Part shown: positions 9,517-18,696 of the stretch, piece after piece
Layout: each line of letters starts with the position of its first letter
Position numbering within the stretch: position 1 is the first letter of the stretch
NCBI GenBank assembly: GCA_040382515.1
Contig: JBEIFH010000001.1
Span: 102,810-166,809, forward strand
Source: Chlamydiia bacterium
GTDB lineage: Bacteria > Chlamydiota > Chlamydiia > Chlamydiales > RGXB01
DNA: 64,000 nt
Direction of reading: 5' to 3'
Position numbers and translations under genes: made by a program
Notes under the pieces: generated by a model
Told to the model about the DNA's origin: nothing
Database searches by the model: none
The model's input: the letters and a program-made list of their open reading frames with translations, nothing else

Positions 9517-10863
9517 TTGATGAGAAACTCTCTTTTTTTTGCAATGCTTCTCCCTATGTTTTTGCTTTCTACATCAAAAACCCCACCGATTGTTGTCCCA
9601 TTAGAAACTGTCAAATCGTTGCCCTCGCTCTATTTTTCCGACTGCTCTTCTACCGGAGACTGGGGGGCAAATTATAAAGAATCAATCCTGGAAATCCTTA
9701 AAGACGATATAGACGCATCGTTTCATTTGGATCTCACCATGGGTAAAATTGATATAGAGCCTCTTGTGAGTGGGCCCATGAAAACCCCCTCGAAAGAATT
9801 GGCCGCTTTTTCTTCCGATTTTGTCCTTCTGCCCAAATTTGAAGGAAAAACCCTGGTTGTAAAGCTCTACGAACCCAGATTTCACCAAACGCACCTGGTT
9901 GGCAAAGTTGATTTGGGGGGAACCCTTATTGAAGATAGGCAAAAGATCCATCAGATTTTTGATTTAGTCCACAAAAAAATTTTCCACCAGGAGGGGATCG
10001 CAAGCACTAAAATCCTCTTTTGCAAAAAAACCGAAGATATTGAGGGAGATTGGATTTCCGACATCTACGAGGTACAGCAAGACGGCCACAACTTAAAAAA
10101 AATCACCTCCTCCCAAAATTATCTCATCACACCCATCATGATCCCCAACTCAAAAAAAGGGGAAGGGTACGATTACGTTTTTGTCTCCTACGAAAAGGGG
10201 CAGCCTAAAATCTTCAAAGGCAATTCCCTATCGCCCATCTCCACCCCTCTTCTTCCCTTAAGAGGAAATCAATTATTGCCTGCTTTGAGCTTACGCGGAG
10301 ACAAGATCGCTTTTATTTGCGATGCTTCGGGTAAAACGGACCTTTTTTTTCAACAATTGCATCCGGAAAAAGGGGTTTTAGGGAAGCCTATGCAACTTTT
10401 TTCACAAAATCAGTCGACCCAAGCCTCCCCTGCCTTTTCCCCTTGCGGCTCTAAACTTGCCTTTGTATCGGATAAGGGGGGATCTCCCAAAATTTACATT
10501 TTAGAGATTGTCGATGCTATCCGTTCAAAAAAAATTCCGCCTGTAAAATTACTCTCGACCAATCACAAAGAATGCACATGCCCCTCCTGGTCTCCTGACG
10601 GAAAAAAAATTGCATTCAGCGCTTTAAGTGAAGGATATCGGCAAATTTGGGTCCTCGATCTGGATAAAAAAATTGAGATGCCCATCACAAAAGGCCCACT
10701 CGATAAGGAAAATCCCTCGTGGGCCCCCGACAGCATCCATTTAGTTTACAATACAACAGGAAAGGAATCCCAAATTTATACTATTGATATTGTAAAGCAA
10801 AAACCTGTAAAAATACCCACAGGGGATGGGATTTCCCATTTCCCCTCTTGGGAACAAAGATGA
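9517..10863 (+). CDS. tolB: TolB beta-propeller protein
   Basis: Signal peptide; PD40-like repeats PAFSPCGSKLAFVSD, PSWSPDGKKIAF, PSWAPDS. Confidence 0.93.
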   Translation: MMRNSLFFAMLLPMFLLSTSKTPPIVVPLETVKSLPSLYFSDCSSTGDWGANYKESILEILKDDIDASFHLDLTMGKIDIEPLVSGPMKTPSKELAAFSSDFVLLPKFEGKTLVVKLYEPRFHQTHLVGKVDLGGTLIEDRQKIHQIFDLVHKKIFHQEGIASTKILFCKKTEDIEGDWISDIYEVQQDGHNLKKITSSQNYLITPIMIPNSKKGEGYDYVFVSYEKGQPKIFKGNSLSPISTPLLPLRGNQLLPALSLRGDKIAFICDASGKTDLFFQQLHPEKGVLGKPMQLFSQNQSTQASPAFSPCGSKLAFVSDKGGSPKIYILEIVDAIRSKKIPPVKLLSTNHKECTCPSWSPDGKKIAFSALSEGYRQIWVLDLDKKIEMPITKGPLDKENPSWAPDSIHLVYNTTGKESQIYTIDIVKQKPVKIPTGDGISHFPSWEQR

Positions 10864-11546
10864 GAAACCATATGAAAAAATTCTATCCGCTCGTTTTTTT
10901 CGTACTTGCGAGCTGCACCAGCACCCTTTATGATGCATGGGAAGAGACGAAAATGACGACAAGGTCCTATACGAAGCAGGGACTCGCTTATTTAGGCTTG
11001 ATCGAAGAAGAATCAAGGATCGTAGCGACCTCCCAAGAGATCTACCAATCTGCCGAGGAAGAATTTATCCCTCTTAAAGATCAGGACCTCTCCAGCCAAT
11101 ACATGGACGAGTCGTACCCGCAATCCAAAGAGGTGCGCACACCCCAAAAAAGGGGTGCTTTTACTGCCGAACAATTCTCTAAACCTTCCACAACGCTTGC
11201 CTCCATTTTTTCCACAGTATACTTCAATACCGATGAACATGTCCTCTCACAAAAAGAGTACTACCAAGTGATCAATAGAATCGCCTCGTACATGAAGAAA
11301 AACCCCCATGTTTATCTGAGTGTAGAGGGGCATTGCGATCAGAGAGCTTCTGAAGCCTACAACCTCGCTTTAGGCACCAGAAGGGCCCAATTCGTCCGCA
11401 GCCTTTTGATCAAGGCGGGAGTAGAATCAGAGCAGATTCACACAGTTTCTTTCGGGAAAGAAAGACCCGTTGCGAAAGGGGGGACAAAAGAATCGTTTGC
11501 CAAAAACCGGCGCGTAGAATTCAAAATCTTCCAACAGAGGTCCTAG
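10860..11546 (+). CDS. pal: Peptidoglycan-associated lipoprotein Pal (OmpA C-terminal domain)
   Basis: Lipobox LASC; VEGHCDQRASEAYNLALGTRRA and NRRVEF; ATGA overlap with tolB stop. Confidence 0.93.
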   Translation: MRNHMKKFYPLVFFVLASCTSTLYDAWEETKMTTRSYTKQGLAYLGLIEEESRIVATSQEIYQSAEEEFIPLKDQDLSSQYMDESYPQSKEVRTPQKRGAFTAEQFSKPSTTLASIFSTVYFNTDEHVLSQKEYYQVINRIASYMKKNPHVYLSVEGHCDQRASEAYNLALGTRRAQFVRSLLIKAGVESEQIHTVSFGKERPVAKGGTKESFAKNRRVEFKIFQQRS

Positions 11547-12176
11547 ATGAAGCGGTTTGCCCCTTTATTTGCCCTATTTGCCTCCTGTTCCAACTTGGTT
11601 GTCTCCCAAAGATCCGATAAACAACAAATGGAATTTAGTGTTCAAAAGCTCAAAAATGAGATTGAGGACCTGAAACATGAGATGAAGTCCCACCAAATCG
11701 AGGTTGGCATTTTGGAGGGGAGAATCTTAAATCAGGAGGAGGATCTGAGTTATCTACACGCGCAGGACCATCCTGGGAAAATTGGGGGGCGATCGCTCGA
11801 CAATGCCACTTTAACGGAAAAAAAGATTTTAGAAATCGAGCGGACACTGGATCACCTTATAAAGCGTTTTGACCGGATCGACATAGAATCAAAAGAAATT
11901 GCAAAAGCTGTGGGTTTATATAAACAGAAGTTCCAAGAGGTGGAAAAATTTTTCCAATCTCAAAATGAATCCGTGCACGAACTTGGCCGCATTAAAAAAA
12001 GTATAAAAGAGATAAGAGAAGAGTCGAATGAAATCGCTTTCTACAGGGTGAAAGCGGGTGATTCGATAGAAAAGATCGCTAGACTATTTGGAACTACACC
12101 TGAACAGATCAAAAAAATAAACCAGCTGCACAATGACCTGATCCTTGTAGGCCAAGAAATCAGAGTTCCCAAATGA
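11547..12176 (+). CDS. Coiled-coil lipoprotein with C-terminal LysM domain
   Basis: Lipobox FASC; heptad-rich middle; YRVKAGDSIEKIARLFGTTPEQIKKINQL...ILVGQEIRVP. Confidence 0.88.
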   Translation: MKRFAPLFALFASCSNLVVSQRSDKQQMEFSVQKLKNEIEDLKHEMKSHQIEVGILEGRILNQEEDLSYLHAQDHPGKIGGRSLDNATLTEKKILEIERTLDHLIKRFDRIDIESKEIAKAVGLYKQKFQEVEKFFQSQNESVHELGRIKKSIKEIREESNEIAFYRVKAGDSIEKIARLFGTTPEQIKKINQLHNDLILVGQEIRVPK

Positions 12177-12913
12177 TCTGCCTTTTAGATTCAGGGGTGG
12201 GGGGATTGACTGTTCTCAATGAGGTGAAAAAGGTATCTCCGGATCTACGCACTATCTATCTTGCAGATAATAGAAACTTCCCCTACGGCACCAAAAGTCA
12301 AAAAGAGATTCTAGACGCTGTCTTTACTGCACAAAAAGGGCTCGAAACTTTTTGTCTGGAAAAAATTTACATAGCCTGCCACACAGCTTCCATCGCTTTA
12401 CAAACCCGACCAAACAGCTTCGGACTGATCTCGTCAGTAACAAAAAAAATGGTTTTAGAGTCGGCAGCTTCTGAGTCTGTTGCGATTCTAGGGAGTTCAT
12501 CTACCATAAACACCGGATTTTATCAAAATCTATTTTCTGTAAAAGGATATAGTAGAATCCAAGGGTTCGACTTGCAAAACCTGATTCAAATGATAGAATC
12601 GGGTTTAAAGGACGAAGAGATCTTTCTTGAACAACTCAAAGAGGTGGTCTTATTTGCACCCGACACAATCTTGTTGGCCTCTACCCATTTCCCCCACATC
12701 GAATCTTTTTTATCCACCCTATTCCCCTTCGCGAAGATAATGAATCCTTCGCTTCAATATGCCCATGAGATATGTAGGCACTCCGGTTTACATGCAAAAG
12801 ACGGTCTTGATGAAGATCTTTTTATAACCACACGCCATTGCCCAAAATTTCTTCACACGTTACAAAAAAATCCAATAAATAATCTTTTAAAAAAAGATGC
12901 TCGGCATGTATAA
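12173..12913 (+). CDS. murI: Glutamate racemase (MurI) family protein with atypical active site
   Basis: DSGVGGLTV, FPYGTKS, ACHTAS; second motif reads LASTHFP rather than LGCTH(Y/F)P. Confidence 0.8.
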   Translation: MICLLDSGVGGLTVLNEVKKVSPDLRTIYLADNRNFPYGTKSQKEILDAVFTAQKGLETFCLEKIYIACHTASIALQTRPNSFGLISSVTKKMVLESAASESVAILGSSSTINTGFYQNLFSVKGYSRIQGFDLQNLIQMIESGLKDEEIFLEQLKEVVLFAPDTILLASTHFPHIESFLSTLFPFAKIMNPSLQYAHEICRHSGLHAKDGLDEDLFITTRHCPKFLHTLQKNPINNLLKKDARHV

Positions 12914-13008
12914 TCTCCTTTAAACCAGGAAAAAATGTAATACTATTTGCACCCGCTTATGGTATTTATTTTTAACTAAGACACTCCAGACTCAGTAAGG
13001 GGTTAATT

Positions 13009-13281
13009 TTGGGAAATTGTTGTATAAGCATGCGCGAAAAGAACCCACATCAGATGTGTGTTTTTTTATCAACCCAACTTCATTACCCAAGTTTTGATCT
13101 CAACGAAGCATTTTTACCGGGAGTGGGATCAAAAAAAATAAATGAAAGACTGGCTAGCTTTACAGGTTATGTTATACCCCCCCCACACCCAAAAATTCCG
13201 GGGGAAATCATTTTGAATAATAAAAAAAACACTCTAGAAAAACCTTCGTTTTTCAAAAGAGAGAAAACAGTTTCAAGCTAA
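13009..13281 (+). CDS. Possible small hypothetical protein (90 aa)
   Basis: Fills a ~380-nt gap; TAAGGGG 6 nt before the TTG; ends 15 nt before the response regulator; no recognisable domain. Confidence 0.25.
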   Translation: MGNCCISMREKNPHQMCVFLSTQLHYPSFDLNEAFLPGVGSKKINERLASFTGYVIPPPHPKIPGEIILNNKKNTLEKPSFFKREKTVSS

Positions 13282-13296
13282 AGAAGAAGGATTCAC

Positions 13297-14052
13297 ATGA
13301 GTCAGAAGAAACGCATTCTACTGATCGAGGATGAAGAGGATATCGCAGCTCTTATCAAATTACAAGCTGAGCTCTCGGGATTCAAACTGCACGTTGAGGT
13401 CGATGGTATCAACGGATTTCGTGCCGTAGAAAGAGAAAAGCCTGATTTAGTGCTTCTCGACATCATGCTCCCCGGACAAAATGGATATGACGTTTGCCGA
13501 AAAATTAAGAGCACACCGGAACTCAAATCCATCCCGGTGATTATTTTAACAGCCAAAGACGAAGAGCTCGACATCCTTTTGGGACTTGAACTTGGTGCAG
13601 ATGATTACATCCTCAAACCTTTTTCCCCAAAAGTGCTGATGTCCCGTATCCGCGCAGTCCTCAGAAGAGGAAAAGAGTCCGAAAAATCGCCAAAAATCCT
13701 CTCTTTCGGAGAATTTACACTGGAAGTAGACCGTTACTTGCTGCGTAAAAAAGATAAAGTGATCACCATCACCCTTTCCGAGTTCGGAATCCTTAAAAGA
13801 TTACTCATGAATAGGGGCAAAGTGCTCACAAGAAACCAGCTTTTGGACGATATTCATAACGATGATTCTTTTGTAGTGGATCGTAACATAGACGTGCACA
13901 TCGCTGCATTGCGTCGCAAACTCGGTCCCAATTTCAAGTGGATCGATACCGTAAGAGGGGTAGGCTACCGATTCAAAGGGGATGCCAACGATACCTCCTA
14001 CGATGATTCGATGTCCTACGAAGCAGAAGAGCTGGAAGAGGCTCTGATCTAG
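13297..14052 (+). CDS. OmpR/PhoB-family DNA-binding response regulator
   Basis: ILLIEDE, LLDIMLP (phospho-Asp), GADDYILKPF, winged helix RNIDVHIAALRRKL...TVRGVGY. Confidence 0.95.
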   Translation: MSQKKRILLIEDEEDIAALIKLQAELSGFKLHVEVDGINGFRAVEREKPDLVLLDIMLPGQNGYDVCRKIKSTPELKSIPVIILTAKDEELDILLGLELGADDYILKPFSPKVLMSRIRAVLRRGKESEKSPKILSFGEFTLEVDRYLLRKKDKVITITLSEFGILKRLLMNRGKVLTRNQLLDDIHNDDSFVVDRNIDVHIAALRRKLGPNFKWIDTVRGVGYRFKGDANDTSYDDSMSYEAEELEEALI

Positions 14053-14059
14053 ACAAGGT

Positions 14060-14091
14060 ATGAAAGAGAGGGTTAAATCCCTCTTTTTCAT
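14060..14091 (+). terminator. Stem-loop after the response regulator
   Basis: ATGAAAGAGAGGG-TTAAAT-CCCTCTTTTTCAT, 13-bp stem with one G:U. Confidence 0.65.
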
Positions 14092-14203
14092 TTAAAAGGC
14101 CGTAAGCCCGATTTCACAAAGGGCCCCCTATTTAGAACTGTTTTGTTTCGGGTTTAAAAATAATCCCCTTTTGTGTAAGAGAAAATAAAGATCGAAGGTA
14201 ATT

Positions 14204-14653
14204 ATGCAAAAAATCTTTATTTCTTCCCTCCTTGTCCTGACTCTGGTGAGTTGCTCTACAAATACAGGGACCGGCGCGTTGGTCGGTGGTGGTGGCGGAG
14301 CTCTTATTGGCGGTCTTGCCGGCGGTTGGGGAGGGGCAGCTATAGGGGGAGCAGCAGGTGCCATTTTAGGGGGCCTTATCGGAAATGCTGCAGATCAAAA
14401 ACAAAAGCAACAAGAGATAGACAACAACTACCCGGGTCTTTCCCAAAAACTAATCAATAATGAACCTCTTAACGTCCAAGACGTCATTAATTTATCAAAG
14501 CAGAACATCCCCCCCGAACAGATCATCCGCTATCTTAAAGAATCCGACAGCCAATTCACCCTCACAAAACAGGATTGCAAAACTCTGTGCAGAAAAGGGG
14601 TGGAAGATTCGGTAGTGAAGTATATGAGCAATGGAGCTTGCGGCTGCAGCTGA
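14204..14653 (+). CDS. Glycine-zipper lipoprotein
   Basis: Lipobox LVSC; TGTGALVGGGGGALIGGLAGGWGGAAIGGAAGAILGGLIG glycine zipper. Confidence 0.85.
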   Translation: MQKIFISSLLVLTLVSCSTNTGTGALVGGGGGALIGGLAGGWGGAAIGGAAGAILGGLIGNAADQKQKQQEIDNNYPGLSQKLINNEPLNVQDVINLSKQNIPPEQIIRYLKESDSQFTLTKQDCKTLCRKGVEDSVVKYMSNGACGCS

Positions 14654-14786
14654 TCTTAATCAACCTTTAATTATAAGTTTATAAATTATTTTGTCTCGAA
14701 AGATAGGATCCATTTTAGTTAAAAATATCATTGATTTTTAAAATATATATGCAGTAAACAAATGGATCTAAAACAAAAAAAGATGT

Positions 14787-15803
14787 ATGGCCCTAGCTAC
14801 CTCTTACACCACATTTGAAGACGCTTTGGAGCTTCTCGATCCTATGCATAGGCTTGAAGAAGAGGTCGTTTTTTGCGAGAGGTTCGAAAAACTCTCGAGT
14901 TTTCATCTTATTTTCCACTCCTCATGCATCGGCCTACTTACATTCCAAACGGTGCTGTTTCTAAGTCTTTTGGTCTACAGCCCGAAATCTCCCTATGTAG
15001 CGGGACTGCTTTTTTCTTGGATTCTGACCCTTTTTTCTTACCTAATTCTTTTATTTTACTATCAGGCCAAAAAACCCCAGGACTTCCAAGATCTGCGCCG
15101 ATTTTTTATCCAGGCGTGCAGAAAGGAAATTGAGGAGCACAAGCCCAACCAGGAAGAGCATCTTTTTTTGGCAAAAGCGGCGGAAAGTCTTACAGGAAAG
15201 CTTTCAAAAAATCAATTTTACCTACAAAATCTTGGCACCATCTCCTCGATTATCCGACTGATGAAATTCAAGGATGTGGAGAAAATGCAAGAGCTTTTGA
15301 TGTATGCCTCCATCCAGGAACATATCGAAAAAATCAAAAAAGACCCCCTTAATTCAACGACGCATCTCTCATTGGCCAAATCCTATTTGGGGATGTACCG
15401 TCTCTACCAATCTCCCCTAAAGGAGCCACTGAGCAGATACTGGGTCGTTAGAAAAATCATTCAAACCGAAAAAAGGCAAAAAAGGGTAGATGCCTCTCTT
15501 TTGCTTGCGATGGAAGAGCTTAAAATTGGTCTAGCTTCAAATGCAGATGAGCCGTGGGCCCTTTTGGAGCTAGCAAATTGCTACGAAGCTCTTGGGGATA
15601 AAAAACAGGAGCTAGAGACTTTGATCCGTTATTTGTCTTTACGCCCTTTCGATGAGAATCTTCTATTAAGAGTTGGAAAGATCTATTTCTTTCTGGGTAT
15701 GACTTCCCAAGGACTCGAAATATTTTCGACATTAAAAAATATCAACGTCCATCTCTCCTTCGAACTTATTGATTCCTACAACGCCTATCTAAAAAAAATC
15801 TGA
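14787..15803 (+). CDS. Membrane-anchored TPR-repeat protein
   Basis: Two N-terminal hydrophobic helices; C-terminal TPR-like helices (WALLELANCYEALG, LLRVGKIYFFLG). Confidence 0.75.
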   Translation: MALATSYTTFEDALELLDPMHRLEEEVVFCERFEKLSSFHLIFHSSCIGLLTFQTVLFLSLLVYSPKSPYVAGLLFSWILTLFSYLILLFYYQAKKPQDFQDLRRFFIQACRKEIEEHKPNQEEHLFLAKAAESLTGKLSKNQFYLQNLGTISSIIRLMKFKDVEKMQELLMYASIQEHIEKIKKDPLNSTTHLSLAKSYLGMYRLYQSPLKEPLSRYWVVRKIIQTEKRQKRVDASLLLAMEELKIGLASNADEPWALLELANCYEALGDKKQELETLIRYLSLRPFDENLLLRVGKIYFFLGMTSQGLEIFSTLKNINVHLSFELIDSYNAYLKKI

Positions 15804-15826
15804 ATCTTATGATTCAGATTTTTTTT
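15791..15826 (+). terminator. Perfect 16-bp inverted repeat / intrinsic terminator
   Basis: AAAAAAAATCTGAATC-TTAT-GATTCAGATTTTTTTT spanning the stop of the upstream gene. Confidence 0.75.
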
Positions 15827-15906
15827 CATTCACAAGCAATTTTTTATTTAAATTTTTTTCTTAAACGATTAGAAATCAAGTAAGTATAGCTATAAAGGGA
15901 TGAAGG

Positions 15907-18696
15907 ATGAAACGCGGGCTCTTTTTTAGTGCGATTGTGTCACATATGGCTCTGTTTTCGCAGGGAATACCTGCAGATGAGCTGGATAAAGAGGAAGCTT
16001 TCATGGTTCGCCGCATCACGGAGTTCTGGAAAGACCAAGACTACGCCCTTGTTGAAAGGCAGATCTATCTATTTCTTGATAAGTATCCCGATTCCACCCT
16101 CAAAGACTACCTTAAAGGGATATTGGGTGACATCTATCTGAAAGACCGTGTTTTTGAAAAAGCGATAGATGTATACCTATCGATCCAAGACACCGATATT
16201 CAACAAAAGGTTCTTGTTAATACCCTGCAAGGGATGTATGAGCTTAGCCGTTATGAAGACATCTATAAAATGGGTGCCAAGTATCTCTCCAATCCGGAAA
16301 TATTCGACGAGCGCAAAGAGGAATTTTTATTCCTGGTAGCAGAAGGGTATTTCCGTAGTTCGATGGAAATAGAGGGCTTAGCCTCCATGGGGCTCCTTGA
16401 GGAAGCCAAAAAGATCTATGAGAGGCTTATCAAGTCCGGTTATGCAGAACCTTCTCAATTTGCATTAGCGGAGATCTATAAAAAAACAAATGAACCCCAA
16501 AAATCGGCCGAATTATTCAAAAAGCTTGCCGAGAAATACAAAGATAAAAGGGAGGAGCTCCTTTTCCACGCCGGGCTAGCTGAATCGGTCTATAATCCGA
16601 AGACAGCGATCGAAACATTCACCGAGGTCGTTTCGATGCGTGGCAGCAGACTTTATACGAGCGCCTTCAACCGGGTTGTCCTTCTATTTCAAATGGAGGC
16701 CTACGAGTCGGTGATCGAATCGATCGACCTGGTTTTAACCCATGCAGACGGGCAGAGCATGCCTGTGATCCTTTACATGTACTCTCGCTCTTTATTTGGG
16801 GCAAAAATGTACGATAAAGCTTTGGAAATAGTCGATAAGCTTGGCGCCAGAAATTCCCTTGATGAGTCCCAAAATAAGAACTTGTTCCTAATCGAGCTTG
16901 GATCAAGCCAGCAGCTCAAAGAGCTCACTAGATATGAACAAGCTCTAAAGAAATTCGAGTCTGCTTTTCCTAAAGATATAGAGATACCCAAAGCAATTTT
17001 TATCCACGCCCTTTTATTGAAAGAGCAACTCAAAACTCAAGAAGCACAGAACCAGCTAGAAAAAATCTTGAAACATTTTTCAGATTTTGAAAGCGCAGAT
17101 TCTCTTTTACTGGAGTATGGCCTGGTGACATATGACAATGAGCAGTATGAACTTTCGCGCACAAGCCTTAAAAGCTTTATTGACACCTTCACGGCATCCG
17201 ATCAGATCCATCTTGCCTGGCGCTACTATTTATCGGGAACGTTGCAGCTCTATGACTTGATCCAAAAAGAGGCGCAAGGGGTTGAAGAATTTTCTAAAAT
17301 TCAATTTTACAGTGATCTGTCATGGATTTTATCCAACGCCAAAGGGTTGTCGGACAAAGAGATTCAGGAGAGTCGATTTTTACAGGCTAAGGTAGGGTAC
17401 GATTTGGGATACACCCAAGAATCGATGCAAAAACTTTTGACCTACATACAGGATTATTCTAAACACACCTCAGTAGCGGATGCTCACCTTCTTTTAGCTT
17501 TATGCTACGACAGAATGCGTACAAATTATGATGCTTTTATCGATCACGCCGAAAAGGCGGTTCAGCTTGCTCAAAGGCAAAATCATTTGGGATCGATGCA
17601 TATCCAGATCTTTAATGCGCTCTTAAGATACAAAGAGACCCTCGAATCGATCCCGAATCTGACCCAAAGCCAATCAAAAAAACTTCAAAGTATCCAGGAA
17701 AAAGCGGCCGACCATCTTTACCAGGCCTTCGAAAGAGGCGATATTGAGATCCGCAAAGAAAATCTTCTGTGGCTTTCTAATCTTTTGTATGACCAATCCC
17801 CTATCCAAAGCCCTGTCTACGGAAAAACCGAGACAAAAGAGACCGCAATTCCCGAGAATTTGGCAAAGGCTAAGAAAATTTTACAATCGATCTTTTTTTC
17901 TGAAAAACAGAGCATTGCCCAACAAATCCAAGCGGCCCCGAATTTGGAGTGGGATATGATGCGTCTTGTCCGTATTGCCCACAAAGAGGGCAATATTAAA
18001 CAAAAGCAGGTTTATCTTGAGAGCCTTGTGGATGCTTACAGAAAAAACGCCCACTCCTGGAATCTTAGACAGGAAGCTTTAATAGAACTGTCAAAATGCT
18101 ACTAAGTTCAAGGAAATAAAAAACTGGCCTATGAGGCGCTTAACGAAGCCGTCCTTGTCTCAAATGTGAACAGAACTATGGCCTCCGAGTATGCCCGCAT
18201 ACACAAAATCCGCCTTGAGCTAGATCACCTAGATGGGTTTACCCAAGAACAAATTGAAGAAAAAATCAATTATCTTAAGGGTCTGCAAATCCAAAAAGAC
18301 AGTGTTTCCGAGCCTCTTCATCTTGAGGCAAGCCTCGTTTATGTGGATGCACGCACCCTTTTATCTGAAGAGCTTGAGAAAGATCTGAAAAACCTTTTCT
18401 TTTTGAATCGTGTCAAAGAGGACTACACCAACTCTAAAGACCCACAGGTGCAAGCCTATAGGGCCAGCTTTGCGACAAATCCGAAAGCAAAAAAAATTTT
18501 TGAAGAATACATGCAGCTGATCCAAGTAGAAATGCTCTTGGCCAAGTTCCGTTTGGAACAAAACGAGGATCATGTGCAAGAGGCCAACGTCTACAGGCTT
18601 GAAGGGTTGAAACTTTTATCATCGATGAAAAAAGAAAAAGGGATCTCCCATTTTATTGAGATGCGCCTTAGGGAGAAGGAAAACCTTTTTGATTAA
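15907..18696 (+). pseudogene. Large exported TPR-repeat protein (~929 codons) interrupted by one in-frame TAA at 18103-18105
   Basis: ORFs 15907-18105 and 18166-18696 are in the same frame and the 20 codons after the TAA are open (VQGNKKLAYEALNEAVLVSN); signal peptide and many TPR-like helices. Confidence 0.7.

Noticed and set aside
14642..14653. C-terminal CGCS as a host prenylation (CaaX) signal
   Set aside because: The protein has a lipoprotein signal and would stay in the bacterial envelope
14706..14769. Inverted repeat GGATCCATTT...AAATGGATCT in an AT-rich intergenic region, possible sRNA or operator
   Set aside because: Only about 10 bp with a long irregular loop; no recognisable RNA family; could be chance
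18103..18105. Genetic-code reassignment of TAA
   Set aside because: TAA terminates many conserved genes in this window (e.g. rpoD, rpsT, thrS), so a single nonsense event is more parsimonious
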